From: Spirogloea muscicola
Lineage: Eukaryota
Assembly: GCA_009602725.1 (NCBI GenBank)
Contig: WELB01000032.1
Location: forward strand, 108,488-162,727
Length of the DNA stretch: 54,240 nt
Reading direction: 5' to 3'
Shown: piece after piece, positions 34,258 through 45,390 of the stretch
How positions within the stretch are numbered: position 1 is the first letter of the stretch
Layout: each line of letters opens with the position of its first letter
Position numbers and translations under genes: made by a program
The notes under the pieces: generated by a model
What the model saw: only the letters and a program-made list of their open reading frames with translations
What the model was told of the DNA's origin: nothing
Databases searched by the model: none

Positions 34258-34589
34258 TCGGCGGCCGGGGGAGCGGGGCGGGAGTGCTGGGACGGTGCGC
34301 TCGGGGGGGTAGGGCGGTGTCCCGGGGCGGGTTTCCAGCGAGTTGGGGGGCGGCGGTGCGCTGCACCTGGCCCGGATCCCGGCCCCGCGGCCCCCCCAGC
34401 CCAGGTACGTCGCACCGGACCCACCCCCCGTCTCGTCCAGCTGGGGCGACCCTGCGATCGTGCTTTACTCTGCCTCCAGTGTGACTACATACAAGCTTCT
34501 CGGACGAGTCACCCCCGCAGCACCTCGACTCCAAGGGCTTTGGACATTCGCCGTCCCGTATTCACACATCGATGTACCTTGCTCGCTCT

Positions 34590-35700
34590 TTTGAAGACGT
34601 GAGCTCTTCCGTTTCAAGCGCACTGCGCACCTTTTCTGTGAGAGGGGGTAGGGGCAGTAATAATAGTGGGCTGTCAATCTGGAAGAGCTGTTATGTAGAA
34701 TGCCAGCCCAGAAAGAATGGACAAGGTCCAAAGAGAGAAGGGCTCGCCCATTGAGGATTAGGGCTGGGAAAAGCCAGCCCAAAAAAGGATGAACAAAGTA
34801 CGAGAAGGGGCCAGGGGAAGCACTAAAAAGAAAAAGCACAAAGAGAAACTAAGCAGCCACGAAGCATTCAGTAACCCCTGCTAAGCAGCCTTAGGTCAGA
34901 GAAACTTGGCTCCTGGAAGCCGGGTCGCTAGCGCAGGTGTACCGGATGCGCTTGGCCGTCTCGCTGCAGAGGTCTATGGCCTGCGCGCTGCACCTGCGTG
35001 CCGGCAGAGCCCTCGCTGCTGCCTCTGGCTCTGGCTCTGGCTCTGGCCAGGGGACCCGCTTCCAGGAACCCGGTCTCTCTGACCTGAGGCTGCTTAGCAG
35101 GGGTTATTGAGTGCTTAGTAGCTGCTTCTTTTCTTTTTTGGGCTTGTTGTTCTTCGTACTTCCCCTGGCCCCTTCTCGTCCTTTGTTCATTCCTTTTTGG
35201 GCTGGCTTTTTCGGATCGTCGGATTTGAGGATCCTCACTCGTAACTACTGAGTAGGTCCATCCTCCCCCGTTCTGCCATAGCCTCTTCAGGCCCAGCAGT
35301 CGCTGCTTAGCTCGTAGTTTGGCCCCTTCGAACCTTGTCGATTCTTTTCGGGCTGGCTTCTCACAGCCCTTGGCCCCATTGGGAGAGCCACTTCTTCTTC
35401 TGGCTCTGGCCTGGGGACCCGCTACCAGGAGCCCAGTCTCTCCGACCTGCGGCTGCCTGGCAGGGGGTACTGAGTTTCTTTCTACTGAGTTTCCCGTTGC
35501 GTTGTCTTGTGTATCTGTGTCATTTTCCTTCTCGGCATCTTTTTGGCTCTTTGGGTTTTGTCCATTCGTTTTCGGGCTGACCTCTGCCAGCCCCTCTTCT
35601 CTACGGGCGCGCACTTCCATTCTTTCTATAGCACCTTTTGGCCCTATGGACCTTGTCCATCTGAGCTGGCTTTTCTTGACAGCCCTCGTGTTTCTTACAG
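34590..35700. repeat. Hairpin-rich dispersed repeat cluster 1 (foldback/MITE-like)
   Basis: Inverted arms about 34768-34930 and 35047-35212. Direct repeat 35030-35120 vs 35400-35480. Segment 35221-35400 is shared with 43186-43370 (inverted) and 44110-44275 (direct). Confidence 0.75.
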
Positions 35701-37790
35701 AGCTGGTGGTAATATCATCAAAGCTAGTACATAATCCTTGCTACACATGCGTGGATCATCATGCATATCTACCCCTCGGGCAGCATATATTCCACCCCTT
35801 GGCGTAATGTCCCAGAAAGGATTATAAACAGCAAATGCAGGTTGTGTAGGTCTATAATTAGGCCCAGCAATACGACATGTGAAGATCGACAATATCCATC
35901 ATTGAGATTTAACTGCATTAACTATGGGTTTCAAGCAACATACTACCAACTAATAGCACAACTGCCCAGTACTTGGCTGCGGTACTGTCCTCGGACAGAA
36001 AATGATTGCACCAAAAATTTATGTAATGAGTGTTGACCCAGATCATATCGATCTCCCGGTGTGGATGTGGCGAGACGAACTCTAAGTCTTCTTCATGTCG
36101 TCCATAGTTAAGATGCTAGAGCTGTGCCACTTGTCTGAAGATGTCTCTCCTTCAATGCCTGTCCAAGACCTTGTTACAAGCTTGTACACGATGTCTATAA
36201 CTGCTAAGCCGTAGGCTTGAGTGTGGCGATACTGCATATTGAATTAGCAAGTTGCTTTCGTTATTCTGATCTGCACTTGCTGAGTAGATGCAATCCAGCA
36301 AGGATTGCACCCAACTTGAGGGTTCTTACCATATCTCTCTTAAGCTCGCGATAGTCTTGCACTAGCTTAAGGTCTTGTTAGTAGCATAGCAGAGATAGGT
36401 GAAGGGCCGGCTCAAGTAGGCCACATGCAACGCGCTAAAGATCCTAAGCACCCCTTTCAGAGCAAAAGGCAGCGCCAACAATGACTACGTTTCCGTATAC
36501 GCAAATTTGTTCTCAACTTTCACATTGCAGATTGAGGACCAACTCTCATCTAACCACATCTTTCTAGGAACAAACGTCAGATTACAAGAGGCGCCCCATG
36601 CGGATTCGAAAAATTCTGCTAGATAATGTGGTCCTGCGCCAGGTCCTGCACTTGCGCCAGTATCTGTGCATACCCTTCATGATATGTTCGTCAGTATCTT
36701 GGTCTCAACTGCGCAATGATGCGATACCGTCGGGATGCATCTTCCAGCTCCTTAACCATTGCTTCGATCTGGCTTGTCACAACTTGCCCTCTGCAGCGGG
36801 TGACTACTCACATTCTGATATCCTGCAGTAGCAGTGCCTCTGGCCTACTTACCGAGGAAGCCTGTTGTCAAATGATAAACTAGCACGCTCTTATCCCTGG
36901 GCAGTAGCAGTATGTGCATCCTTGTGTGGCTCCTGAACCGATGTAGGTGCGAGCACACGCCGAGGTGCTTGAGATTGAGTCGGCCCTTGAGTCGAGCTGT
37001 TGATGCTTACAGAGTGTTTACAGGTACTCAAGTGCCAGGCATGCAAACACGCAGCAGATAGGACATTGTCAGACGAGCAGGCATGGTGCTTGGCAGACAG
37101 AAAGTACCGATACATGAGCAAGGGGCGCTGGAATACATGTCCCCACATGATAATTTCATCTTGGATAACAACATAGGGTGCGCTGCCCATCAATGCGCTT
37201 GCCCTTTGAGCTTGCGTGGTAAATTCGATCACTGCAGGTCGAGAAGCGTACAGATACACAGGGCAATTTACACTTGTCTTCTTCGAGCCCATCCTGTTAC
37301 CTAAATATTCCTCATCGATACACTGCTCAACAATGGCTGCAGGCGCTCCTGCTTGCATGATGAGGGTGACTAAGTTATCCCGTAGTCTTGGCCCATTGAA
37401 TTGCAGTTGCCAAACGTTGCGTGAAGGAGCTACTCAGTAGCTCTTGGCAACCGGACAAATTGCACGTGACTGCTGATGTTTATATAGGCCTGCAGGGGCA
37501 GATGAAGCTCCAGTGACCAAAGGGCTCCACGTTATAAGGGAGCCGCCAAGATGGCTCAGTCAATGCGGAGAAGGAACTCTCGCACCGCCGACGCTCGTCC
37601 TTGTTCTTGAGCCCTAGGGCAATTTGTTGCTATTGTCCAAGCGGGGGGCTTGTGCAAGCGCTGCAGAGGGATGGACTCGGCGACCAATGCACTCAGCAGA
37701 TGCAGCTAGCATGGTAGTGGTGAAAGTGGGACTAAGCAAGGGCTCGTCTATGAAGCGCCTCATGGGGAATGGAAGCAGACTCCAGTGCTA

Positions 37791-40700
37791 TCAAGGGACG
37801 CCGCTATCACGGGCGTAGCGCGTGAAAAGGGACGCCGCGGGCGAGGGGTCGTGGCGCATCAACTTGGCGGCCCTGTGGAACTCCTCTCGCAGGATTCGGA
37901 TGGAATTCCGATCCACGACTCTGCCCAGGTCGTGGCTGACTTCAAATGGGTCCTCCACACAGATCAAGTGACGCTCGTTGCCTATGCGCCTCGTCCAATC
38001 CTTTTGGTCCTTGCTGAGAAAGCATCAAGCACATGCGATATAGTCAGTCAGCATCTTCTTAAGCACAAGAGTAAAGACACCATATCAACATGCCAAATGG
38101 CATAGGAAGGCCAACAAAGGAAGATTTCGATGTGAAAGGAAAGGCTTAAACTTGGTTAGACATTGGTTGCAAGGAGCACATGCTCTGCTGTTTGCCATAT
38201 AGACACCCTTTGAGTCTGGTCAAAGTAGACATTCTCCAAAGATAGACATGAGGAGCAGCTAACTTGGCACAATTTATACAAAAGCGGCACAACATTCGGC
38301 AGCAGCATGTTGGGCTTAATGCACCTGAGGAAGCCGCCAGTCCGGACAGAGATGACAGCCCGGTTGTACTCGTGACGGAATGCCCAGTACTCAAAGAAGG
38401 CCAGCAGAAGCTCCCCAACTGTCTCCCGGTTCCCCGATCCAAAGTCTCGGAGTGCTTCAACCTGGTCGAAGTAGGCGCAATCGACATCCCCCACCTTTAC
38501 CCTGTACGTCGCCTCCATCTCCTGCAGTTATCCAGCACGCATGCCACAATCAGCGTTTGGATAAGAGCATTTGCAAACTTCTGCATGCGAGTAGAGACAT
38601 TTAGTACACAAGAGCATGCGGCATGAAAGCTTTGATTAGAAGCTCCATGTCTAAATTACCTGGAGGCATGGCAAGATCGGCGGCTTTCGCTGCTGCAGAA
38701 AGTGGATGCACATTAGCACATACCTGCACAGAAAGTGGATGCACATTAGCACAAACCAGCAAATCAGCTCAGAATCTTGAAGGGGTTCAGAATGAGAAGC
38801 TATGCCGGCACTGCCAGCAATTCAGCAGCAGGCCTTGCCAATCAGCATTTAGCCATCAGCAGCGTGCTGCTGGTGGCCAGCAAGAGCAAGTCAAGGACAG
38901 CCTGCCCTCTGAAGCTGGAGGGAGGAGGATATGCTCCTGCTGGCACTTAACGTGCATTTGTGCTGGCACTGTCAGTGCGCCCAATCATAAGTTGGGGCTG
39001 ACAGGCTGAGGAGGACAACAGTACCCGAGGCTGCAGACATTGTCCTCGTGCATTCTTGGACTTACAAGAACTTGAGTGTGTGAGCAACGTACGCATAAGA
39101 GGATAGTGTGCCTCGATATGTCTCGTTGACCTGCCGCTGCTTGGCCCAGTGCTTCACGAGGAACACGAGCTGGCGGAGGCGGGGGTCGATGCGCGCATAA
39201 TCGTGCAGGAGCTTAGTGTTCACTACCGCCAATGTATTGTTTACACAGATGTCGCTCGCCAGGCCTGTGACTGGGTCTACAATCTTCACAATTGGCACCC
39301 TTGCGTGCGTCAATGCCTGCGTAGGCACAGCACAAGAAGGAGCACAGTCAGAAAGCAGAGTACATATGAACCATCGAAGGTGCGCACTTGGTGGAGGTAT
39401 GACAGTAAAATCTGTACAGCTCCAACGAGCCAACTTGCGTAACAGGATCAGGCCTTGGGCCTTGCCTGCACGCTCTGCATGCCTGCGGCGCGCAGGATGG
39501 CTGCCATGCGGGTGACGAGCTCGGCCTTGCCAACAGCAATGCCGTCGCCCACAGCCAGGCACACATCGATGTCGGAGTTGCGGACGCCAAATGAGTTGGC
39601 GCAGCTGCCGAATAAAAAGAGGCACGCGGCTGGCATGTCGCCAAGCACCAGGGCCTCGAGGCGCTCCAGGAACATGCGCCGCCGGGCGTGCTCCTCCTCG
39701 CCTGGGATCAGCGACTGGTACACTGCCAGCAGCGCCGCCGTCACGTCCTCCATGTCCGCCCGCACCCGCACACTGCTGCCAGCCAGCTGCTGTCCAGGAC
39801 CGAGCAGCGGCGGCTCGAACCGGCGGGCGTTGGTGCTTGCCACTGGGCCCGTCGCTGCCGGCAGCGTCACGACCATCTGGTTGTTGTCCTGCTGCCAGGC
39901 TGTTACAGCGGCGCCACTGCTGTCGTCGGAGCCACGCCCGAGCGGCGGCCATGCGTCCTCCTCGCCCTCTCCTGCTCCCTGCACCGGGAGCAGGGCTGGG
40001 GGCTGACGCTGCATCAGTGGCAGCAGGCGGCCCTGGTGGTGCTGCGCCATGCCACCCTTGCCGGGCGAGCTTATGGCTGCCGCCCTGCCCTGCGACGCCA
40101 CCTTGCCGCTGCTGCCAGGCGACGTCTTGCTGCTGGGGCTGCCCCTGGAGGACGGCGGGGACGATGCAGCGCCGGCGCTGGGCCGCAGCTGCTCCTGTGT
40201 GATCTCCTCAAAGCGCCCGGCATTGAGGAAGGCCGTGACGGCGCGCTTGTCCTCCTCCCGGGCCTCCGTCAGAGTGCGCTCGCGGCCGCCGCCGCCGTCG
40301 CCGCTGCCGGCAGCAGCCCCCGTGTCCCACGGCTTCCTCATCCCGGCCCCCGCCCTCTCGAGCGTCGGGGACGACCGCTGCTGCAGCAGCGCCGTGGGCG
40401 ACGACCCAAAGCCACAGGTGTCGTCTTTCTCGTTCTCTGCAATCACCTCCTCCAGAGAGGACTCCAGCGCCTCGCCTTTAGTGTGGCTGCCGCCACGCTG
40501 GCTGCCGCCAGGGCCGCTGTCGCCGCTGCCGGCCAAGGGGGAGGACGGCAGCCCAGGGTGTTCCATCTGCGCGGCAAGTGGCGGCTGGCGCCCGGCCAAG
40601 GCCGCCGATGCCACCGCCGCATGCTCCGGCGGCGGGCCCAGCCACGTCTGAGGGGGCTGCAGCTGCCGGCGGCGCTGCTCGCGATCCCGCGCCGCTGCCC

Positions 40701-42047
40701 CAGCATCGTGCGAGGGCACGTGGAACGCCGCCGCGGCTGGATGGGCGCCCAGCTCGTCCTCCCAGCTCGGCCAGGGGCCGCCAGTACCGCCGCCGCCAGC
40801 AAACGCCACACCGGCAAGAGGGGGGGCCCGCTGTCCCCGCCGCAGTGCTGGCCCGCCGCCGTCGCCGTTGCCGCTGCCGCCCTTCCGTCCTCCAGCTCGG
40901 CCCCTCGCCGCGCCGCTGCCGCCACCATCGTAGCGCAGCTTGCCCGATAGGGCAGCGCCGTCAGCGAACTCGGCGCTGTCTAGCCAGAAGGGCACCTCCC
41001 TCCTCCCCGCGGCAGCACCATAGAAGTCGCCACGGTCCTCCCCGCCGATCATCTGCCGGGCGCTGTCCACCTGCCACTGGAACGCCTCCTCCTGCTCAGC
41101 GGCGGCGGCCGCTGCCATCTGGCCTCCTCTCAGCCGCTCGGCATACGCAGCGCTGTCCCAGCCCCTGCTGCCGCCGCCGCTGCTCCCAGCACCCAGCAGC
41201 AGCCCCTGGCTGGCTCCCATGCCGGCCGCAGGGTAGCTCTGGAGTGGGAGGCCTGCGCCGGCCGCCGCGTCGGGGTATGGAAGGTACGGTGCTGCGTTCC
41301 CCCCGGCGAAGCGAGCGCCGTGCCTCATTGCTGGGAGCAGGCCGGCCCTGCCCCCCGAGCCGTTGACTGGAGGAAGGCTGCTGCCGCCATACGTGTCCGA
41401 GCTGATTGAGTTAGCCAGCAGCCGCTGCACAGAGGAGGCACCGGGTGACGGTACGCGGAGGACTGGCACAGCCAGCGGAGCCGGGGCAGCCGACGGGAGG
41501 CTGGCTCCGAGCCCAGCGCCGCTGCCGCTGCCGCTGCCTCCACCGCAGCCTCCACTGCCGCCTACATCACCCTGGCTGGCCCAGATTCGTCCCAGGAACT
41601 CCGGGACGCCGCCGCTCGCCGGAGGGGGGTCCGGCGGACTAGTGAGCCCGGGTGCTGGCGCCGCAGACGGGCCGCTGCTGCCGTGACCTGCATCCAAGCA
41701 AGGCCAAGTGTTGAGCTGCACTGACGAGAGCAGGAAGGCCTTGCCTGTGCAGCTGCAGCGCAGGATGTGACCAGACATGCAGCAGACTCCCCAACAGCCG
41801 GCACCGGTGGCGGCCATCGAGCGCCCAGGTAGACTGGAGGCACTGACTTGCGTAGGGCCCCGTGGCGGCGGCTGCCGGAAGCATACGGCTGGGCCCGAAG
41901 CCTCCCGAGGGAGCAGGCCGGACGCCAGTGGGCGAAGGCATCGTCCACAGGCTGCCGTTGCCATCGCCGCTGCTCTTCGCCTGCGGCGCCTGCTGCAAGA
42001 GGCGCAGGAGCTCCAGGCCGCCGCCCTGGAAGAGCGGCTGCTGGGGC
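37791..42047 (-). CDS. URT1: UTP:RNA uridylyltransferase URT1 (Cid1-family TUTase) with long disordered N-terminus; start in or at the N gap
   Basis: [19 protein letters not shown] (GS-DxD), [48 protein letters not shown] and [35 protein letters not shown]. Stop at 37791-37793. Confidence 0.92.
39317..39465 (-). other. GC-AG intron in URT1
   Basis: Conserved ...[11 protein letters not shown] requires the donor CAG|GCAAGG and the acceptor acgcag|GCATTG. Confidence 0.7.
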
Positions 42048-42849
42048 NNNNNNNNNNNNNNNNNNNNNNNNNNNNNNNNNNNNNNNNNNNNNNNNNNNNN
42101 NNNNNNNNNNNNNNNNNNNNNNNNNNNNNNNNNNNNNNNNNNNNNNNNNNNNNNNNNNNNNNNNNNNNNNNNNNNNNNNNNNNNNNNNNNNNNNNNNNNN
42201 NNNNNNNNNNNNNNNNNNNNNNNNNNNNNNNNNNNNNNNNNNNNNNNNNNNNNNNNNNNNNNNNNNNNNNNNNNNNNNNNNNNNNNNNNNNNNNNNNNNN
42301 NNNNNNNNNNNNNNNNNNNNNNNNNNNNNNNNNNNNNNNNNNNNNNNNNNNNNNNNNNNNNNNNNNNNNNNNNNNNNNNNNNNNNNNNNNNNNNNNNNNN
42401 NNNNNNNNNNNNNNNNNNNNNNNNNNNNNNNNNNNNNNNNNNNNNNNNNNNNNNNNNNNNNNNNNNNNNNNNNNNNNNNNNNNNNNNNNNNNNNNNNNNN
42501 NNNNNNNNNNNNNNNNNNNNNNNNNNNNNNNNNNNNNNNNNNNNNNNNNNNNNNNNNNNNNNNNNNNNNNNNNNNNNNNNNNNNNNNNNNNNNNNNNNNN
42601 NNNNNNNNNNNNNNNNNNNNNNNNNNNNNNNNNNNNNNNNNNNNNNNNNNNNNNNNNNNNNNNNNNNNNNNNNNNNNNNNNNNNNNNNNNNNNNNNNNNN
42701 NNNNNNNNNNNNNNNNNNNNNNNNNNNNNNNNNNNNNNNNNGCCGCGCCGCCGCCGCGGCGGCATCCAGGCTCGACGCCGCGGGCGGCGGCGCATGCGGA
42801 GGCCTCGGGGCGGACGGCGGCGCAGAGTCCCCCTGGGTCCCTTCTGATC

Positions 42850-44325
42850 AGACCCTTTGGGGCTGGCCTCTCACAAGCCAGTGCCTGACGTTGGAAGAGC
42901 TGTTCTCTGGCAGCAAGTGGGGGTGGCCGTACCGTCAGTCGGCCTCGTTTGGGATGAGCGGAGCCCCAGCCGGCGGCTCCGTCGGAGGAAAGCCAGCGCC
43001 GCGCTCGTCCAGAAGAAGTGAAGAGGAGCTGGCAAAGCCAGCCCTAAAATGGACAATGTCCAAAGCCAAAGAAAGAGGAGCCGGAACAAGGACTACACCA
43101 CAAAACACTACAAAACGTAGACGATGCAGAGAGAAGCTCAGTACCAGCGAGTGAGCAACATCAGGTATGGGTAGCTCGCTGCAGGGAAAGAAGAAGTGGC
43201 TCTCCCAATGGGGGCAAGGGCTGTGAGAAGCCAGCCCGAAAAGAATTGACAAGGTTCGAAAGGGCCAAACTACGAGCTAAGCAGCGACTGCGGGGCCTGA
43301 AGAGGCTATGGCAGAACGGGGGAGGATGGACCACTCAGTAGTCACGAGTGAGGAGCCTCACATCCGACAGACTAGCTGCCGGAAAAGAGGCAGTCCGCCG
43401 AGACCCAGAGGCTGCGGCCGTAGCACGGCCTGCTCGCGTGTGGATTGCGTGGGCAAGGGAGCGTTGAAACGATACAGCCAGGCGCATGCGGAAGACTTGG
43501 TTCGGGCTGGCTTTCCAGCAGCAGTATTTGCAGTGTTTTGTAGTGTAGTCCTTTTTCTGGGTTACTGAGTGATACGTAGCTGCTTTGAATCTTGTTGTGC
43601 TTGTTTTCTTAGCGCATCCCCTGGCCCCCTTCTCGTACTTTGTTCATTCTTTTTTGGGCTGGCTTTTCCAGCCCCTATCCTCAATGGGCGAGCCCTTCCT
43701 TTTTCCGGCTCCTCTTCCTGTGGCTTTGGACATTGCCCATTCTTTTTTGGGCTGGCTTTGCCAGCCCCTCTTCTCTATGGGCGAGCACTTTCCTTTCCAC
43801 CGGCCCCGCCACCTTTGAAAAGAGCTCACGTCCCCTTCTCCATTCCGTCGGGCTGGCCTCTCACATGGCCATACTGTGGCGAACGCCGCTCCCAGCAAGG
43901 CGGCGAAGCACGCAGACCACCCGGCTGGGGGCGAGTTCGTACCCTAATCCCGAGTTAGCAGCCGCAAGTTGGAGTAACTTGCAACTGGAAAAGAAGCACC
44001 CCTCCGAGACTTCCTACTGCTGACACGCGGGTACCAAGAGCGCCCTGTCTGCTTAGCCTGTGGCTCCGGCTTTCGTCAGGGGGATAGATTTCCGGCAGCT
44101 AGTCTGTCAGATGTGAGGCTCCTCACTCGTAACTACTGAGTGTTCCATCCTCCCCCGTTCTGCCATGGCCCCGCAGTCGCTGCTTAGCTCGTAGTTTGGC
44201 CCCTTCGAACCTTGTCATTTCTTTTCGGGCTGGCTTCTCATAGCCCTTGCCCCCATTGGGAGAGCCACTTCTTCTGTGGCTCCGTCATGAACACCTGTAT
44301 GCAACTAGCTGGCTTTTACAGCCGC
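42850..44325. mobile_element. Hairpin-rich repeat cluster 2, putative non-autonomous foldback/TIR element with ~190-bp inverted repeats
   Basis: 43186-43385 is the reverse complement of 44089-44275. 43020-43090 is inverted to 43700-43775, and 43091-43114 is inverted to 43527-43550. There are internal ~93-100 bp tandem units. No transposase is visible. Confidence 0.6.
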
Positions 44326-45390
44326 TCCTTTAAATTCAGCAGCCGCTTTCTCTGAGACCCAGAAGTTGCAGCCAAAGCGCCGCCTGCCCGCAAGTGCACT
44401 GCGTGAGCCTGGGAAGGTTGGAAAGCAATTGGATAGCCGAACGCAAAACTGGGCAAGCGACTCGGCGGCGTTTTGGAGCCGGGCAGCTCACCCGTGCTAT
44501 CCCAGCCGACGATCGATGGCACGCCGGGCAAGCGGCTGCAGAAGGTCCAGCCATTGACTGCTGAACGCCCCGTGCACGTTCATCGCCAGCGCCACAAACT
44601 CATCGCCGGCTGAGTGATCAGCATCTTTTTCTTTCTCTACCTCCCTCCCTCGTCTCTTTCACACATACTCTCTTGAAACCAGGCTCGGCCACGCTCAAAT
44701 GCCGCCACCACGGCCGCTGCACATCAAACAGGTTATGAAAGAGGCAAGTCTCAGACGTTGCTGTCGTGTAGCAATCCGGACGGGCTAAGCGCTCCATGTC
44801 AGCCATTGGCTCTGCCTTCGCTGGGTCGGCGGAGCGTCCCACGGACGGCCTGCGGGGCCTGCGCCGGCAAGAGCGACCTGACCTTGCTCCAAGCTGCAGG
44901 TCGTCCGGCTCAGGAGAACCTGCGGTATGTTGTTTGGCAACAAACTGAGCTTCGATGTGCTTGTTGAAGTCTAGCAACAGCAATTGCCTATCCAGACTCT
45001 CCGTAATAAGACGAAGAGCTCTTCTGGTCCTGTGTTGCATGCTCGACTCGCACAAATCAGATCGATACCTGAAAATGTCATATGTCAAGTCCTATGTTGA
45101 CTTACATAGTAGACTCGTCAGCATGTCTTGACAATTAAGGACAGCATGCAGTCCTAGTTTTGATGTAGTGTCCTGATCAAGCCGCTTACGGAGAACTACT
45201 TGGAAAAACTTTGCGGCCTCAATGCGGCAAGTCTTGCACAACGTGAAGCAGGCGCGTCTGCTGATCGCCTATCAACCAATTAGCCATATATTACAAACCG
45301 TGCAGAGATGTGGTGATGTGCAGCCTGCTTGAGCTTGACGCCAGGACATGGCTAATCACTCGAGTGCAACATGACATTTGTGCAGTAAAG

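Noticed and set aside
34928..35620. 230-aa minus-strand ORF in repeat cluster 1
   Set aside because: It is made of the repeat units, has no recognisable domain, and homologous copies elsewhere carry stops and indels.
39455..41686. Multiple + strand ORFs overlapping URT1
   Set aside because: Antisense shadows caused by high-GC codon usage.
41777..43154. Long ORFs spanning the N block (also 49046-50809 and 10955-12148)
   Set aside because: Their length comes from Ns; they are mostly antisense or frame-shifted shadows of real genes.
43640..43890. Palindromic repeats with intervening sequence as a CRISPR-like array
   Set aside because: The intervening sequences are homologous to each other, the repeats are degenerate and in mixed orientation, there are no cas genes, and the context is eukaryotic.
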